64,000 nucleotides of DNA from assembly GCA_037189525.1 (NCBI GenBank), contig JBBCJC010000002.1:608001-672000 (forward strand). Reading direction: 5' to 3'. The notes below the pieces were generated by a model. The model was not told the origin of the DNA. It saw only the letters and a list, made by a program, of their open reading frames with translations, and did no database searches. Each line of letters starts with the position of its first letter. Position 1 is the first letter of the stretch. A program made the translations under genes and the position numbers. The DNA comes from Gemmatimonadales bacterium. GTDB lineage: Bacteria > Gemmatimonadota > Gemmatimonadetes > Gemmatimonadales > GWC2-71-9. Positions 47,392 through 56,364 of the stretch are shown here, in pieces.

Positions 47392-50300
47392 TCAGGAAGG
47401 TGGCCTGTCCTCCTCGGTAGCGTTGGGAGGAAGGGGTGCGAACGATCGGGCATTCGCTACGTCCTGTTGCAGCTCAGCCCACGCGTCGCTCGATGGATTG
47501 GTCGTCCGTGCCAGGGTCTCGAGTTCGGCGACTACCGAGGCATGCTGCTTCCAGTCGTTCCGCGAGGCGCGGGCGAGCGCGACCAGCGCGCGGGCAATCT
47601 CCCGCCGAGTCGCGCCGCTTCCATTGTTGTCGGTCCATCCGGCGATCTCCTGCATCTCCGTCACGACGTCACGGATTGCCGAGGCATTGTCGCCGAGGGC
47701 TTCGGCCAGAAACCGTCGCGCCTGCACGCGCTCGGACACGATTACGTGATCGGACCGGTAGCATTCATGCGCGGCCCATCTATCGAGATGCTGGATGGCG
47801 TTTTGGCACGAGACGAGATCGAAGTTCGACGCATCTGCGAATGCCACATGACGCCAGGCGCGGGCCGCCTCGAGGACGAAGGGGCGTTTTGCGTCGTCCG
47901 ACGTCAGGTCAACGGTTGCTGCGGTTCGGGTGATGGCTGCTTCGACCTCGGTGGCGGCTTCCCGACAACGTTCCGCGTCATGTTGCAAGGAGCGGCCAAG
48001 CGCGAGACTGCGCGTCGCACTCACCCATTCCAACATGAGTGCCGGAGTGGCCGATGCCGCCAGCCGATCGATCGTCATGTCGAGAGTCGTCAGGACGTCC
48101 TGACACGCCACCAGATCACCCGCCAGGCCATAGGCAAAAGCGAGATGGCGATATGCTTGCGCGGACTCCAAAACGATTTCGGGATCCGCAGAGTGCGGTG
48201 GTTGCCCTACCTCCCTCTCGATCGCGTCCACCACTGCCTTGCACCGCACGGAGTCGGCGCGCTCACTATATGCATACGCCAACATGCGCCGAGCCTTCGC
48301 ACGTTCCGCTACGAACGAGCGATGTGTCCAATAGGGCGCTTCCTCGCCGGTGGCCTCGACGGTAGCGACGGCCGCACGGCATTCGGCAATCTCGCCGGCT
48401 GTACTATGAACGTACGCCAGATGGCGCCAGCCCATGGCCCGTTGTTCCTGGAATCGCCAATCGGTCAGGTACGGCGCGCTTCCGACGATCTGTTCGTTGC
48501 GTTCGAGTACCGCCCGGCACCGGGCGGCCTCTCCCTGCATGCTGTACACAAAGGCGAGATGACGGCGCGCTCTGACACACTCCAGAAGGACTTCACGATC
48601 CGTGTCGTAGGGCGGGTGATTAGCCATGGCGACGACTTCGGCCACCGTCACTTCGCACATTGCGGTATCGCCCGCCTCGCTGTAGGCAAACACTAAGGAT
48701 CTTCGCGCCTTGGCAAGATCCAAATGACAGGCACGCATCGCTCGGTACGGATCCCGACCGACAACGGCGCTGATCGCCTGGACGATCTCCTCGCACTCTC
48801 GGATCTTGGCATTGGAGCTGTACGCAAATGCCAGGAAACGCCACGCCTGTACCAGCTCGGGTATGAGGTCGGGGTCGTTGGCCTCATGAACGACCTTTGC
48901 CATCTGTTCGACGCACTCACGGCACGATCTCACATCCGAAGTCTGGCTGTAGCAGTAGGCCAGATGTCGATATGCCAGGACGTAGTCTTCGCGGTGTTCC
49001 GCGGTGACCCGATCCGATTCCGATTCGAAGATCTCCGCAGCGAGATCCACGACGCTCCGGCACTCGTCCGGACGCCCGGCTTCACTCAGCATGAATGCCC
49101 AGGTCCGAAGCGCTGCGAGCAACGACCGTCGATTGGACGCGGGAGCAATCCGAATCCCGGTGTCGATCAGTCTCCGAACCGATTCGACGACTGGGCCCGA
49201 AAACTCTCCCGCCGCGGCCAGGCGGCTCGCCGCCGTAATCACTCCGATCCGGTCGAGCGGTGAAAGGTTCGCGCCGAGGAGTGCAATGGCATCCAGTTCA
49301 CGCGCGAATGCGGCGGCCTCCGCAGCTGCCGAGATCGGCGGAAGACCCTGCTGAATGAGTGTGACGAGCTGATGGCAGTCCTGAATCAGCCGCGCTCCGG
49401 CTTCGACCGTGCCTGCTCTTCCAGCGCCATGCCGAGCAAGCACCAGGCCGAGCAACGCAATGGTCGGAGCTTCCACCCGCGATGGGCTCTTGTCGACTGA
49501 AACGTCCAAAAGGGTACCCGTCATGTCGACCGTTTGACCGGCCTTTTGGGGTCCTGATGGTGTATCCATCCCGCCGCGTTCCACGGCGTCAACGAATACG
49601 GCGAACAGCCGGCAGGCGACATCGGTGCGGATCCGCTCGTCGGCGATCCGCTCGAGCAAGCCATCGATCAAGCCGTGGATCTCGGTCGGCGGACGCTCGC
49701 CGGCCAATCCGATCTCGAGATAGGCATGAGCCACGAGCGAAATGGTCTCGACATCGTGGCCCTGAATGGTCGGCGGAGTACGCAATGCCTCCGCAAGCGC
49801 ATCGTCGGCGCCCGCCAGGCGGGCAGCCGCCCGCACCCAGCCCAGTGGACGCGCGATGAATCCCACGTCCGAGATGGCCTGTGCCGACTCCTTCGGTGTC
49901 TGCCGCTCGATCACGGATCGCACGAAGCGGTCGGCGATCAGCGCCGGACGAAGGCCGGGAAGCGTCTGCGCCAGATCGACGCCGCGCCGCGCTTCTACCG
50001 GAAAGGCCCGCTCCAGCACGTCCTTGGGCGGTACCCGCTGATTGAAGGCCTTGGCCACCGGAGCAATCGGACACCCGGGCCCGACCAGGATGCCGCACGC
50101 GAGGGTGCGCATCGTGTCCATGTCGTCGACGGCGACTTTCGCGACCTCGAGCGCTCGCACGATTCGGCGGACCCGGTGTTCCAGCAGCCCTTCGCGGCTC
50201 ATCTCCGCCAGCGGGCGATCGTCCTTGAGCCATTCGAGCCCGAGTTCGACGAGCAACGGATTGTGTTCGGTGACCTCCAGGAACGTTCTGAGTACGGCGT

Positions 50301-51408
50301 CCTCACGGAGCTGCTTCGCCTTCGGACCAAGCAGTGAGTCGGCGAGCACGAAAATGGCGGCCGGGGTGAATCCTCCGCTGCCGAGCACGATCATGGGCAG
50401 GTCGGGGCCCGCGGCGTCGGCAAGGTCCCGGGGAACGGTCTGGTTCGCAATCACCAGCCGCACCGGATGACGGAACCGGCTCTGGCGCTTGCGCAGCGTC
50501 TTCAGGCACGCCGTCGTTTCTCCCGGCGCCGGATCGTCGAGCCACAACACGGTCGGGCGAGCGGGAAGCCAATCCGCGAGGTCCGCCAGGTCGCCCGGAT
50601 CGATGCGGCCACTGTCCCAGAGGTCGTCTGGCCGCCGCGGAAGCCACCAGGCCAACCGTCGCAGCCACGTCCGACGCCGGAGCCTGGCTGCGGCCCGACG
50701 CTCCGCCGGAGGCTGCGAAGCCAGCGCAACCGATCCCAGCAGATGACGCTGGCTCAGTTGGCGGGCAAGCTCCTGGGTCACCCGAGACTTTCCCGCACCG
50801 GACGGACCGAGCAGCAGCACGGCGTCGAACGGCGTCGGGAGATCCGGCTTTCCCCAAGGCTTCCACCACGGTGTCCGACCGGTTCCCGTGCCGCGGTCGA
50901 GCAAATCCACCAGACGTTTCCACTGGCGGTGCCACTCCCCTGAGGGACGCTGGAACGGCATCGGGCCGGACCAGTGACTGGCCGGGTCCGGCTCCGGATG
51001 ACGGATCGGATGTAACCGGCCGTCGTCATATTCCGCGAAGAAACGCTCGTGAATTGCCCGTGCGGGCCGAGCCATGAATGGAACGGTGATGAGCCAGCCG
51101 GCCAGAGCGCTCAATGGGAGTACGACAGGCCGAGCAGCCTCCTTGAGTCCGGTCGACTCGACCAGCGTCTGAGCCAGATTGCCGATGACGGGAATGGCGA
51201 ACACGGTTCGGAGCACGAATTCCGTGAGCCCCGCGCCGAATCGGGGCTCAAGAACGAACGCCACGAGGGTAAAAACTGCGGCGCCGGCCAGTCCCAGGCC
51301 GAGATACCGTATCCTGGCAATCGATCGGGCCCGCCGCCGCTCCCATCGGATCTTGCGCTCGGAGCGCTCGACCAGGGGCGGCTGGGGGTCGCCGGGAGCA
51401 GAGGTCAT
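47392..51408 (-). CDS. Membrane-anchored STAND-like P-loop NTPase with C-terminal 46-aa helical repeats
   Basis: Two N-terminal hydrophobic helices; GPSGAGKS Walker A; VLWLDD Walker B; LVIAN; NPLL; about ten repeats AxRxLA[FY]xYS-x7-C. Confidence 0.8.
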   Translation of the reverse strand: MTSAPGDPQPPLVERSERKIRWERRRARSIARIRYLGLGLAGAAVFTLVAFVLEPRFGAGLTEFVLRTVFAIPVIGNLAQTLVESTGLKEAARPVVLPLSALAGWLITVPFMARPARAIHERFFAEYDDGRLHPIRHPEPDPASHWSGPMPFQRPSGEWHRQWKRLVDLLDRGTGTGRTPWWKPWGKPDLPTPFDAVLLLGPSGAGKSRVTQELARQLSQRHLLGSVALASQPPAERRAAARLRRRTWLRRLAWWLPRRPDDLWDSGRIDPGDLADLADWLPARPTVLWLDDPAPGETTACLKTLRKRQSRFRHPVRLVIANQTVPRDLADAAGPDLPMIVLGSGGFTPAAIFVLADSLLGPKAKQLREDAVLRTFLEVTEHNPLLVELGLEWLKDDRPLAEMSREGLLEHRVRRIVRALEVAKVAVDDMDTMRTLACGILVGPGCPIAPVAKAFNQRVPPKDVLERAFPVEARRGVDLAQTLPGLRPALIADRFVRSVIERQTPKESAQAISDVGFIARPLGWVRAAARLAGADDALAEALRTPPTIQGHDVETISLVAHAYLEIGLAGERPPTEIHGLIDGLLERIADERIRTDVACRLFAVFVDAVERGGMDTPSGPQKAGQTVDMTGTLLDVSVDKSPSRVEAPTIALLGLVLARHGAGRAGTVEAGARLIQDCHQLVTLIQQGLPPISAAAEAAAFARELDAIALLGANLSPLDRIGVITAASRLAAAGEFSGPVVESVRRLIDTGIRIAPASNRRSLLAALRTWAFMLSEAGRPDECRSVVDLAAEIFESESDRVTAEHREDYVLAYRHLAYCYSQTSDVRSCRECVEQMAKVVHEANDPDLIPELVQAWRFLAFAYSSNAKIRECEEIVQAISAVVGRDPYRAMRACHLDLAKARRSLVFAYSEAGDTAMCEVTVAEVVAMANHPPYDTDREVLLECVRARRHLAFVYSMQGEAARCRAVLERNEQIVGSAPYLTDWRFQEQRAMGWRHLAYVHSTAGEIAECRAAVATVEATGEEAPYWTHRSFVAERAKARRMLAYAYSERADSVRCKAVVDAIEREVGQPPHSADPEIVLESAQAYRHLAFAYGLAGDLVACQDVLTTLDMTIDRLAASATPALMLEWVSATRSLALGRSLQHDAERCREAATEVEAAITRTAATVDLTSDDAKRPFVLEAARAWRHVAFADASNFDLVSCQNAIQHLDRWAAHECYRSDHVIVSERVQARRFLAEALGDNASAIRDVVTEMQEIAGWTDNNGSGATRREIARALVALARASRNDWKQHASVVAELETLARTTNPSSDAWAELQQDVANARSFAPLPPNATEEDRPPS

Positions 51409-51590
51409 TCGGGGAACTCGATACCACCAACGTGGTTAGTGGTCGCAAATGGAAGCAAAATTGTACCCGGGTCCCGCCGGGGATGTAAGGCGACGGCTGC
51501 GTCGGAATCGGGGCCCCGTTTGAGGATCGGTTGATCCGCAGGCCCCGCAGGTGTTGCAAAACTGGCCTCGCGCGGCTAGCTCCATAGGCT

Positions 51591-52658
51591 ATGAAAACAC
51601 CCTCACACCAGTTCCTCCGGGCCCTGCTGACCGCACCCGGCCCCTCCGGCTTCGAGGCCGGGCCGGCCCGCCTCTGGCGCGATGAGGCAGCCACCTTTGC
51701 CGACACCGTCTCGGCCGACGTCAGCGGCAACTCTTACGCGACCGTCCGGGGTGGCTCCGACGGGCCCGGGGTGATGTTTGCCGGGCACATCGACGAGATC
51801 GGTCTGATGGTCCTCCATATCGATGAGCAGGGCTTCCTGAGCTTCGATACGATCGGGGGATGGGACGAGCAAGTGCTGGTGGGGCAACGGGTTAACCTCC
51901 TGGGACGGGATGGGCCGGTGGCGGGTGTCATCGGCAAAAAGGCCATCCATCTGATGGAAAAGGAGGACCGGGAAAAGCCGAGCAAGGTGAAGGACCTGTG
52001 GATCGACATCGGGGCGACTTCGCGCGCCGAGGCGGCCGAGCGGGTCCGGATCGGCGATGCCGGAGTTCTCGACGCGGGGGTGCTGGAGCTGCCCAACGGC
52101 CGGATCGTGAGCCGCAGCATCGACAACCGGATGGGCGCATTCGTGGTACTCGAAGCGCTCCGGTTGCTGGCCAAGGACAGACCGACCGTGACCGCGACCG
52201 CGGTGGCGACCGCGCAGGAAGAGATCGCCTACACCGGGGGCGGCGCGCGCACCTCGGCCTCGGGATTGCTGCCGGCTGCGGCCATCGTGGTCGATGTGAC
52301 CCACGCGACCGATACCCCGGGGTCGGATCACAAGCGGCACGGCGAGGTCAAACTGGGCGGCGGGCCGGTGCTCTCGCGCGGGTCGGCGGTGAATCCGCGG
52401 GTGGCGGAGTTGCTGGCCGAGACGGCGGAGTCGCTCGCGATTCCGTATACCTGGCATGCGTCGCCCAAGTACACCTCGACCGATGCCGATGCCATCTTTA
52501 CGTCGATGCGGGGTGTGGCGACCGGGCTGGTCTCGGTCCCGAATCGGTACATGCACAGCCCGAACGAAATGGTGGTGCTGGACGATCTGGATCGGGCGGC
52601 GGCGCTGCTGGCGGGATTTGCGCGGCGAGTCACGGCCGAAACGAACTTCATTCCATGA
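51591..52658 (+). CDS. M42 (TET-like) aminopeptidase
   Basis: GHIDEIG, IDNR, QEE, DVTHATD, TDADA, RYMHSPNE. Confidence 0.95.
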   Translation: MKTPSHQFLRALLTAPGPSGFEAGPARLWRDEAATFADTVSADVSGNSYATVRGGSDGPGVMFAGHIDEIGLMVLHIDEQGFLSFDTIGGWDEQVLVGQRVNLLGRDGPVAGVIGKKAIHLMEKEDREKPSKVKDLWIDIGATSRAEAAERVRIGDAGVLDAGVLELPNGRIVSRSIDNRMGAFVVLEALRLLAKDRPTVTATAVATAQEEIAYTGGGARTSASGLLPAAAIVVDVTHATDTPGSDHKRHGEVKLGGGPVLSRGSAVNPRVAELLAETAESLAIPYTWHASPKYTSTDADAIFTSMRGVATGLVSVPNRYMHSPNEMVVLDDLDRAAALLAGFARRVTAETNFIP

Positions 52659-53941
52659 GGAAGTGGGGCAGGATGCGGGTTGCAGGGTGGGTCACGATGT
52701 TGGCGCTTGCGGCGCCGGTCAGCGCCGCGATGGGGCAGGCGGCGGTCGAATCGGTGCTGCGGCGCGATCTCCAGGTCTTGAGTGCCGATAGCCTCGGCGG
52801 TCGGTTTACCGGCAGTCCGGGTGGCGATGCGGCCGCGCGCTATCTGGCGCGGCGGTTCGAGGAAGTCGGCGCCAAGCCGGCGCCGGGCGGATGGTTGCAC
52901 GAATTCACCATGGCTGCCGACCTGGCAGGATTCCGGTCGATGCCCGCCGACCGTCGTCCGACGCGGGCGGCCAACGTCGTCGCCATGGTACCGGGAACCG
53001 ACGCGACCTTGCGCGGCGAATATATCGTGGTTGGTGCGCATTATGACCATCTGGGCGATGGCCACGCCAACTCGCTGGGCACCCCGGGAGAAATCCATAA
53101 CGGCGCCGACGACAATGCCTCCGGAACGGCGGCCTTGCTCGAAATCGCGCGGCGGTTCGTGGCCGCGCCTGCCAAGCGGAGCGTGGTGCTGGTCGCGTTT
53201 TCCGGCGAGGAGTTTGGCTTGCTGGGCTCGGCGGCCTACGTGCGGTCGGCGCCGGTACCGATGGAGCGCACCGTGGCGATGGTCAATCTCGACATGGTCG
53301 GCCGGCTGCGGAACGATCGCCTGCTGGTGTTCGGATCGGAAACGGCGACGGAGTTCCCGGCGCTGCTCGATTCGCTCAACCAGACCCACCGCTTCGATCT
53401 CAATCATTCCGGCGACGGCTTCGGCCGGAGCGACCAGCAGTCGTTCTATCTCGCGCGGAAACCGGTGCTCCACATGTTCACCGATCTGCACGAGGACTAC
53501 CACCGGCCGACCGACGATTGGGAAAAGATTAATCTGCCGGGCCTGGTCCGGGTCGCGGCCTACACGACCGACGTGGTGCGCGCCATTGCCGATCGCCAGG
53601 CGCCGCTCAGCTTCGTGATGAAGGCGCCACCTGCGCATAGCGGTACGGCGGCCGCGCCGGTGTCATCCGGTTACGGAGCATATCTCGGCTCGATCCCGGA
53701 CATGGGGACGGGTGGCCCCGGTGTACGGTTGTCCGGGGTGCGTCCCGACAGCCCGGCGGACAAGGCCGGTCTCACCGAGGGAGACGTCCTGCTCTTGATC
53801 GGCGACTTCGAGATTGCCGACCTCCAGGCCATGACCGACGCCCTGCGCAGCTACAAGCCGGGCGACTCCGCGGTGGTTCGTTACCGGCGCGGTCCCGAAG
53901 AACGTTCGACCACGGTCGTGTTCGGCCGGCGGGGAGGCTGA
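52655..53941 (+). CDS. M28 peptidase with PDZ domain, secreted
   Basis: GAHYDHLG, NGADDNASG, GEE, NLDMVG, DYHRPTD, YLGSIPD; ATGA overlap. Confidence 0.93.
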   Translation: MRKWGRMRVAGWVTMLALAAPVSAAMGQAAVESVLRRDLQVLSADSLGGRFTGSPGGDAAARYLARRFEEVGAKPAPGGWLHEFTMAADLAGFRSMPADRRPTRAANVVAMVPGTDATLRGEYIVVGAHYDHLGDGHANSLGTPGEIHNGADDNASGTAALLEIARRFVAAPAKRSVVLVAFSGEEFGLLGSAAYVRSAPVPMERTVAMVNLDMVGRLRNDRLLVFGSETATEFPALLDSLNQTHRFDLNHSGDGFGRSDQQSFYLARKPVLHMFTDLHEDYHRPTDDWEKINLPGLVRVAAYTTDVVRAIADRQAPLSFVMKAPPAHSGTAAAPVSSGYGAYLGSIPDMGTGGPGVRLSGVRPDSPADKAGLTEGDVLLLIGDFEIADLQAMTDALRSYKPGDSAVVRYRRGPEERSTTVVFGRRGG

Positions 53942-53943
53942 TC

Positions 53944-54399
53944 ATGGCCGTGTTGGATGGAGCAGGCATCGCTGCGCAGCTGCGGCAGGCGGTACGGGAC
54001 GGCGCGGGGCGGCAGGCGCTGCTGCAGCTCGCGGCCGATCGGATCAGGGCGGCGGGGTCGCCGTACACGTCGGCGTATCTCTATATGCTGCATGGACAGG
54101 AACTGGTGCTCGAGGCATTCAGCGGGCGGGAGACCGATCACACCCATATCCCGGTCGGCAAAGGCGTCTGCGGTACCGCGGTCGCCACGGGTCTCGATCA
54201 GAACGTGCCCGATGTGCAGGCCATCGGGAACTATCTCGCCTGCAACCTGGAAACTCGTTCAGAGCTGGTGGTCCTGATTCGCCGCGGCGAGGAAATTCTG
54301 GGACAGATCGATATCGACAGCGACGTCGTCGATCCCTTTACGGCTGGCGAAGAGGCAGAAAACAGACACGTGGCCGAAGCGCTAGCTGAGCTACTTTGA
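53944..54399 (+). CDS. GAF-domain protein, free methionine-R-sulfoxide reductase-like
   Basis: IPVGKGVCGTA, NYLAC, SELVV, IDIDS. Confidence 0.8.
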   Translation: MAVLDGAGIAAQLRQAVRDGAGRQALLQLAADRIRAAGSPYTSAYLYMLHGQELVLEAFSGRETDHTHIPVGKGVCGTAVATGLDQNVPDVQAIGNYLACNLETRSELVVLIRRGEEILGQIDIDSDVVDPFTAGEEAENRHVAEALAELL

Positions 54400-54409
54400 C
54401 GCCCTTGCA

Positions 54410-54439
54410 TGCCCGGAACTGTCGAACTGGTTCCGGGCA
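54410..54439. terminator. Hairpin between convergent genes
   Basis: tgcccggaac/gttccgggca perfect 10-bp stem. Confidence 0.6.
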
Positions 54440-54452
54440 GCTCCCCGCAGTA

Positions 54453-56135
54453 TCAGGTCACATCCTCCAACCAGAACTCACCGGGATTGCGGCCGCCACT
54501 GGCGCGCAGGTCGCGTTCCCGGGCGCGTAGCTCGACCCGCCGAATCTTTCCGCTGATCGTTTTCGGAAGCGTGGTGAACTCGAGCCGTCGAATCCGCTTG
54601 TAGGGCGCCAGCTTCGCTGCGCAGTAGCTCAGGATGGCGCGCGCGGTTTCCGCGTCGGGCCGGGCGTCGGGTACTAAGACGACGAATGCCTTCGGTACCG
54701 TGAGTCGCAGGGGGTCCGGGCTCGGCACGACCGCCGCTTCGGCCACCAGGTCGTGCTCGATCAGCACACTTTCGAGTTCGAACGGGCTGATCCGATAGTC
54801 GCTGCTCTTGAAGACGTCATCGCCTCGTCCGACGAAGTGGATATAGCCGGCCTCATCCCGAAGCGCTTCGTCACCGGTCCGATAGAGACCGCTGGCCATG
54901 GCCGCATCGGTCCGCTCGGGATCATCTTCGTAACCCGCCATCAGTCCGACCGGTCGGGGTGTCAATCGGATGGCCACCTCGCCCTCGGCCGCCTCGCGTC
55001 CGTCTCGATCGACGATCGCAATTTCGTAGCCGGGTAGCGGTTTGCCCATCGAGCCCGGCGTAATCGGGAATCCTGGTGGATTGCCGACCAGCGCGGTCGT
55101 TTCCGTCTGACCGTATCCGTCGCGAATGGTGAGCCCCCAGGCCGACTGCACCTGGGCAATGATCTCCGGGTTGAGCGGTTCGCCCGCACTCGCCAGTTCG
55201 CGAAGCGCGGTCGGACGTTCTCCCATGGTCTCGAGCACCAGCATGCGCCAGACGGTCGGCGGGGCGCAGAGCGACGTGACGCGATGCTGATGCAAAATCT
55301 CGAGGCTCCGCTGCGCACTGAATCGCGGGGCATCGTGCACCAGCACGGTGGCGCCTGCGTTCCAGGGCGCGAAAAAGCTCGACCAGGCATGCTTGGCCCA
55401 GCCGGGTGAACTGATATTCTGGTGGATGCCGCCGGGTTCGAGGCCGAGCCAGAACATGGTGGACAGGTGGCCGACGGGATAGCTCTGGTGGGTGTGCAAC
55501 ACCAGCTTGGCTTTGGCGGTGGTGCCCGAGGTGAAGTAGAGCAACAACGGATCGTCCGCCTGAGTCGGCACTTTGTCGAGGCGGGCCGGCGCCGACAGAC
55601 CTTCCTCGAATCGGCTGAATCCCTCCGCCGTTCCGGTGCAGAGCCGGACACCGAACCGCTCCGGGTTGCGCACCTTGCCGGCGCCGGGTTCGTCGGTCAC
55701 CACATGGCGGACCTGGCCCCGAACCAGACGGTCCTCGACATCTTCGACGGTGAGTTGGGTGGTGGCGGGAATCACCACGGCGCCGATCTTGATGGCGGCG
55801 AGCATCGTTTCCCAGAGCGGCAGCGTGTTGGACAGCATCAGGAGGATCCGCTCGCCGCGCACGACGCCATGATCCACCAGGTAGCGCGCGATCCGGGTCG
55901 ACCGTTCGTCGAGTTCCCGGAACCCGATCTCGATCAGCTCCGGGCCGGCTGCCGTGTCGCGCACCAGGATTAGCGCCGTCTGGTCCGTCTGTGCGGCGTA
56001 GACGGAGAACCAGTCCCAGGCCCAATTGAACTGGTCGAGCACGGGCCAGCGGAACTCCGCCCGGGCGCGTTCGAGGTCGTTGCGGTGTCGGAGCAGCGTC
56101 GCGCGGGCGCGCTCGAAGGGTTCCGTCGGCGTCAT
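54453..56135 (-). CDS. Acyl-CoA synthetase (AMP-forming, medium-chain type)
   Basis: YFTSGTT, SPGWAK, YGQTET, YRTGD, LPKTISGKI. Confidence 0.93.
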   Translation of the reverse strand: MTPTEPFERARATLLRHRNDLERARAEFRWPVLDQFNWAWDWFSVYAAQTDQTALILVRDTAAGPELIEIGFRELDERSTRIARYLVDHGVVRGERILLMLSNTLPLWETMLAAIKIGAVVIPATTQLTVEDVEDRLVRGQVRHVVTDEPGAGKVRNPERFGVRLCTGTAEGFSRFEEGLSAPARLDKVPTQADDPLLLYFTSGTTAKAKLVLHTHQSYPVGHLSTMFWLGLEPGGIHQNISSPGWAKHAWSSFFAPWNAGATVLVHDAPRFSAQRSLEILHQHRVTSLCAPPTVWRMLVLETMGERPTALRELASAGEPLNPEIIAQVQSAWGLTIRDGYGQTETTALVGNPPGFPITPGSMGKPLPGYEIAIVDRDGREAAEGEVAIRLTPRPVGLMAGYEDDPERTDAAMASGLYRTGDEALRDEAGYIHFVGRGDDVFKSSDYRISPFELESVLIEHDLVAEAAVVPSPDPLRLTVPKAFVVLVPDARPDAETARAILSYCAAKLAPYKRIRRLEFTTLPKTISGKIRRVELRARERDLRASGGRNPGEFWLEDVT

Positions 56136-56364
56136 GGACGCGAAGCTAGGTCTCGATTCCGGCTTCCGCAATCGGTACCCGCCGCTGGCATCTCGCTCAC
56201 GGGCGCTCTGTCCAGGGGCATTTTGCTCGGAGGCATTCCACCCAAGGACATCCACCCCCCAAGGGTCTTGTGCTCAGGGGCATCTGCCGGTTGGCGTCGC
56301 CGGTCCGACTCCGCTTATCATTGCCAGCCCGAGTTCGTGGGCTCACGGGTGTCAGGGCATCGCG

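Noticed and set aside
56140..56364. Possible structured RNA or SOS box upstream of dinB
   Set aside because: Only short hairpins; no motif I could match.
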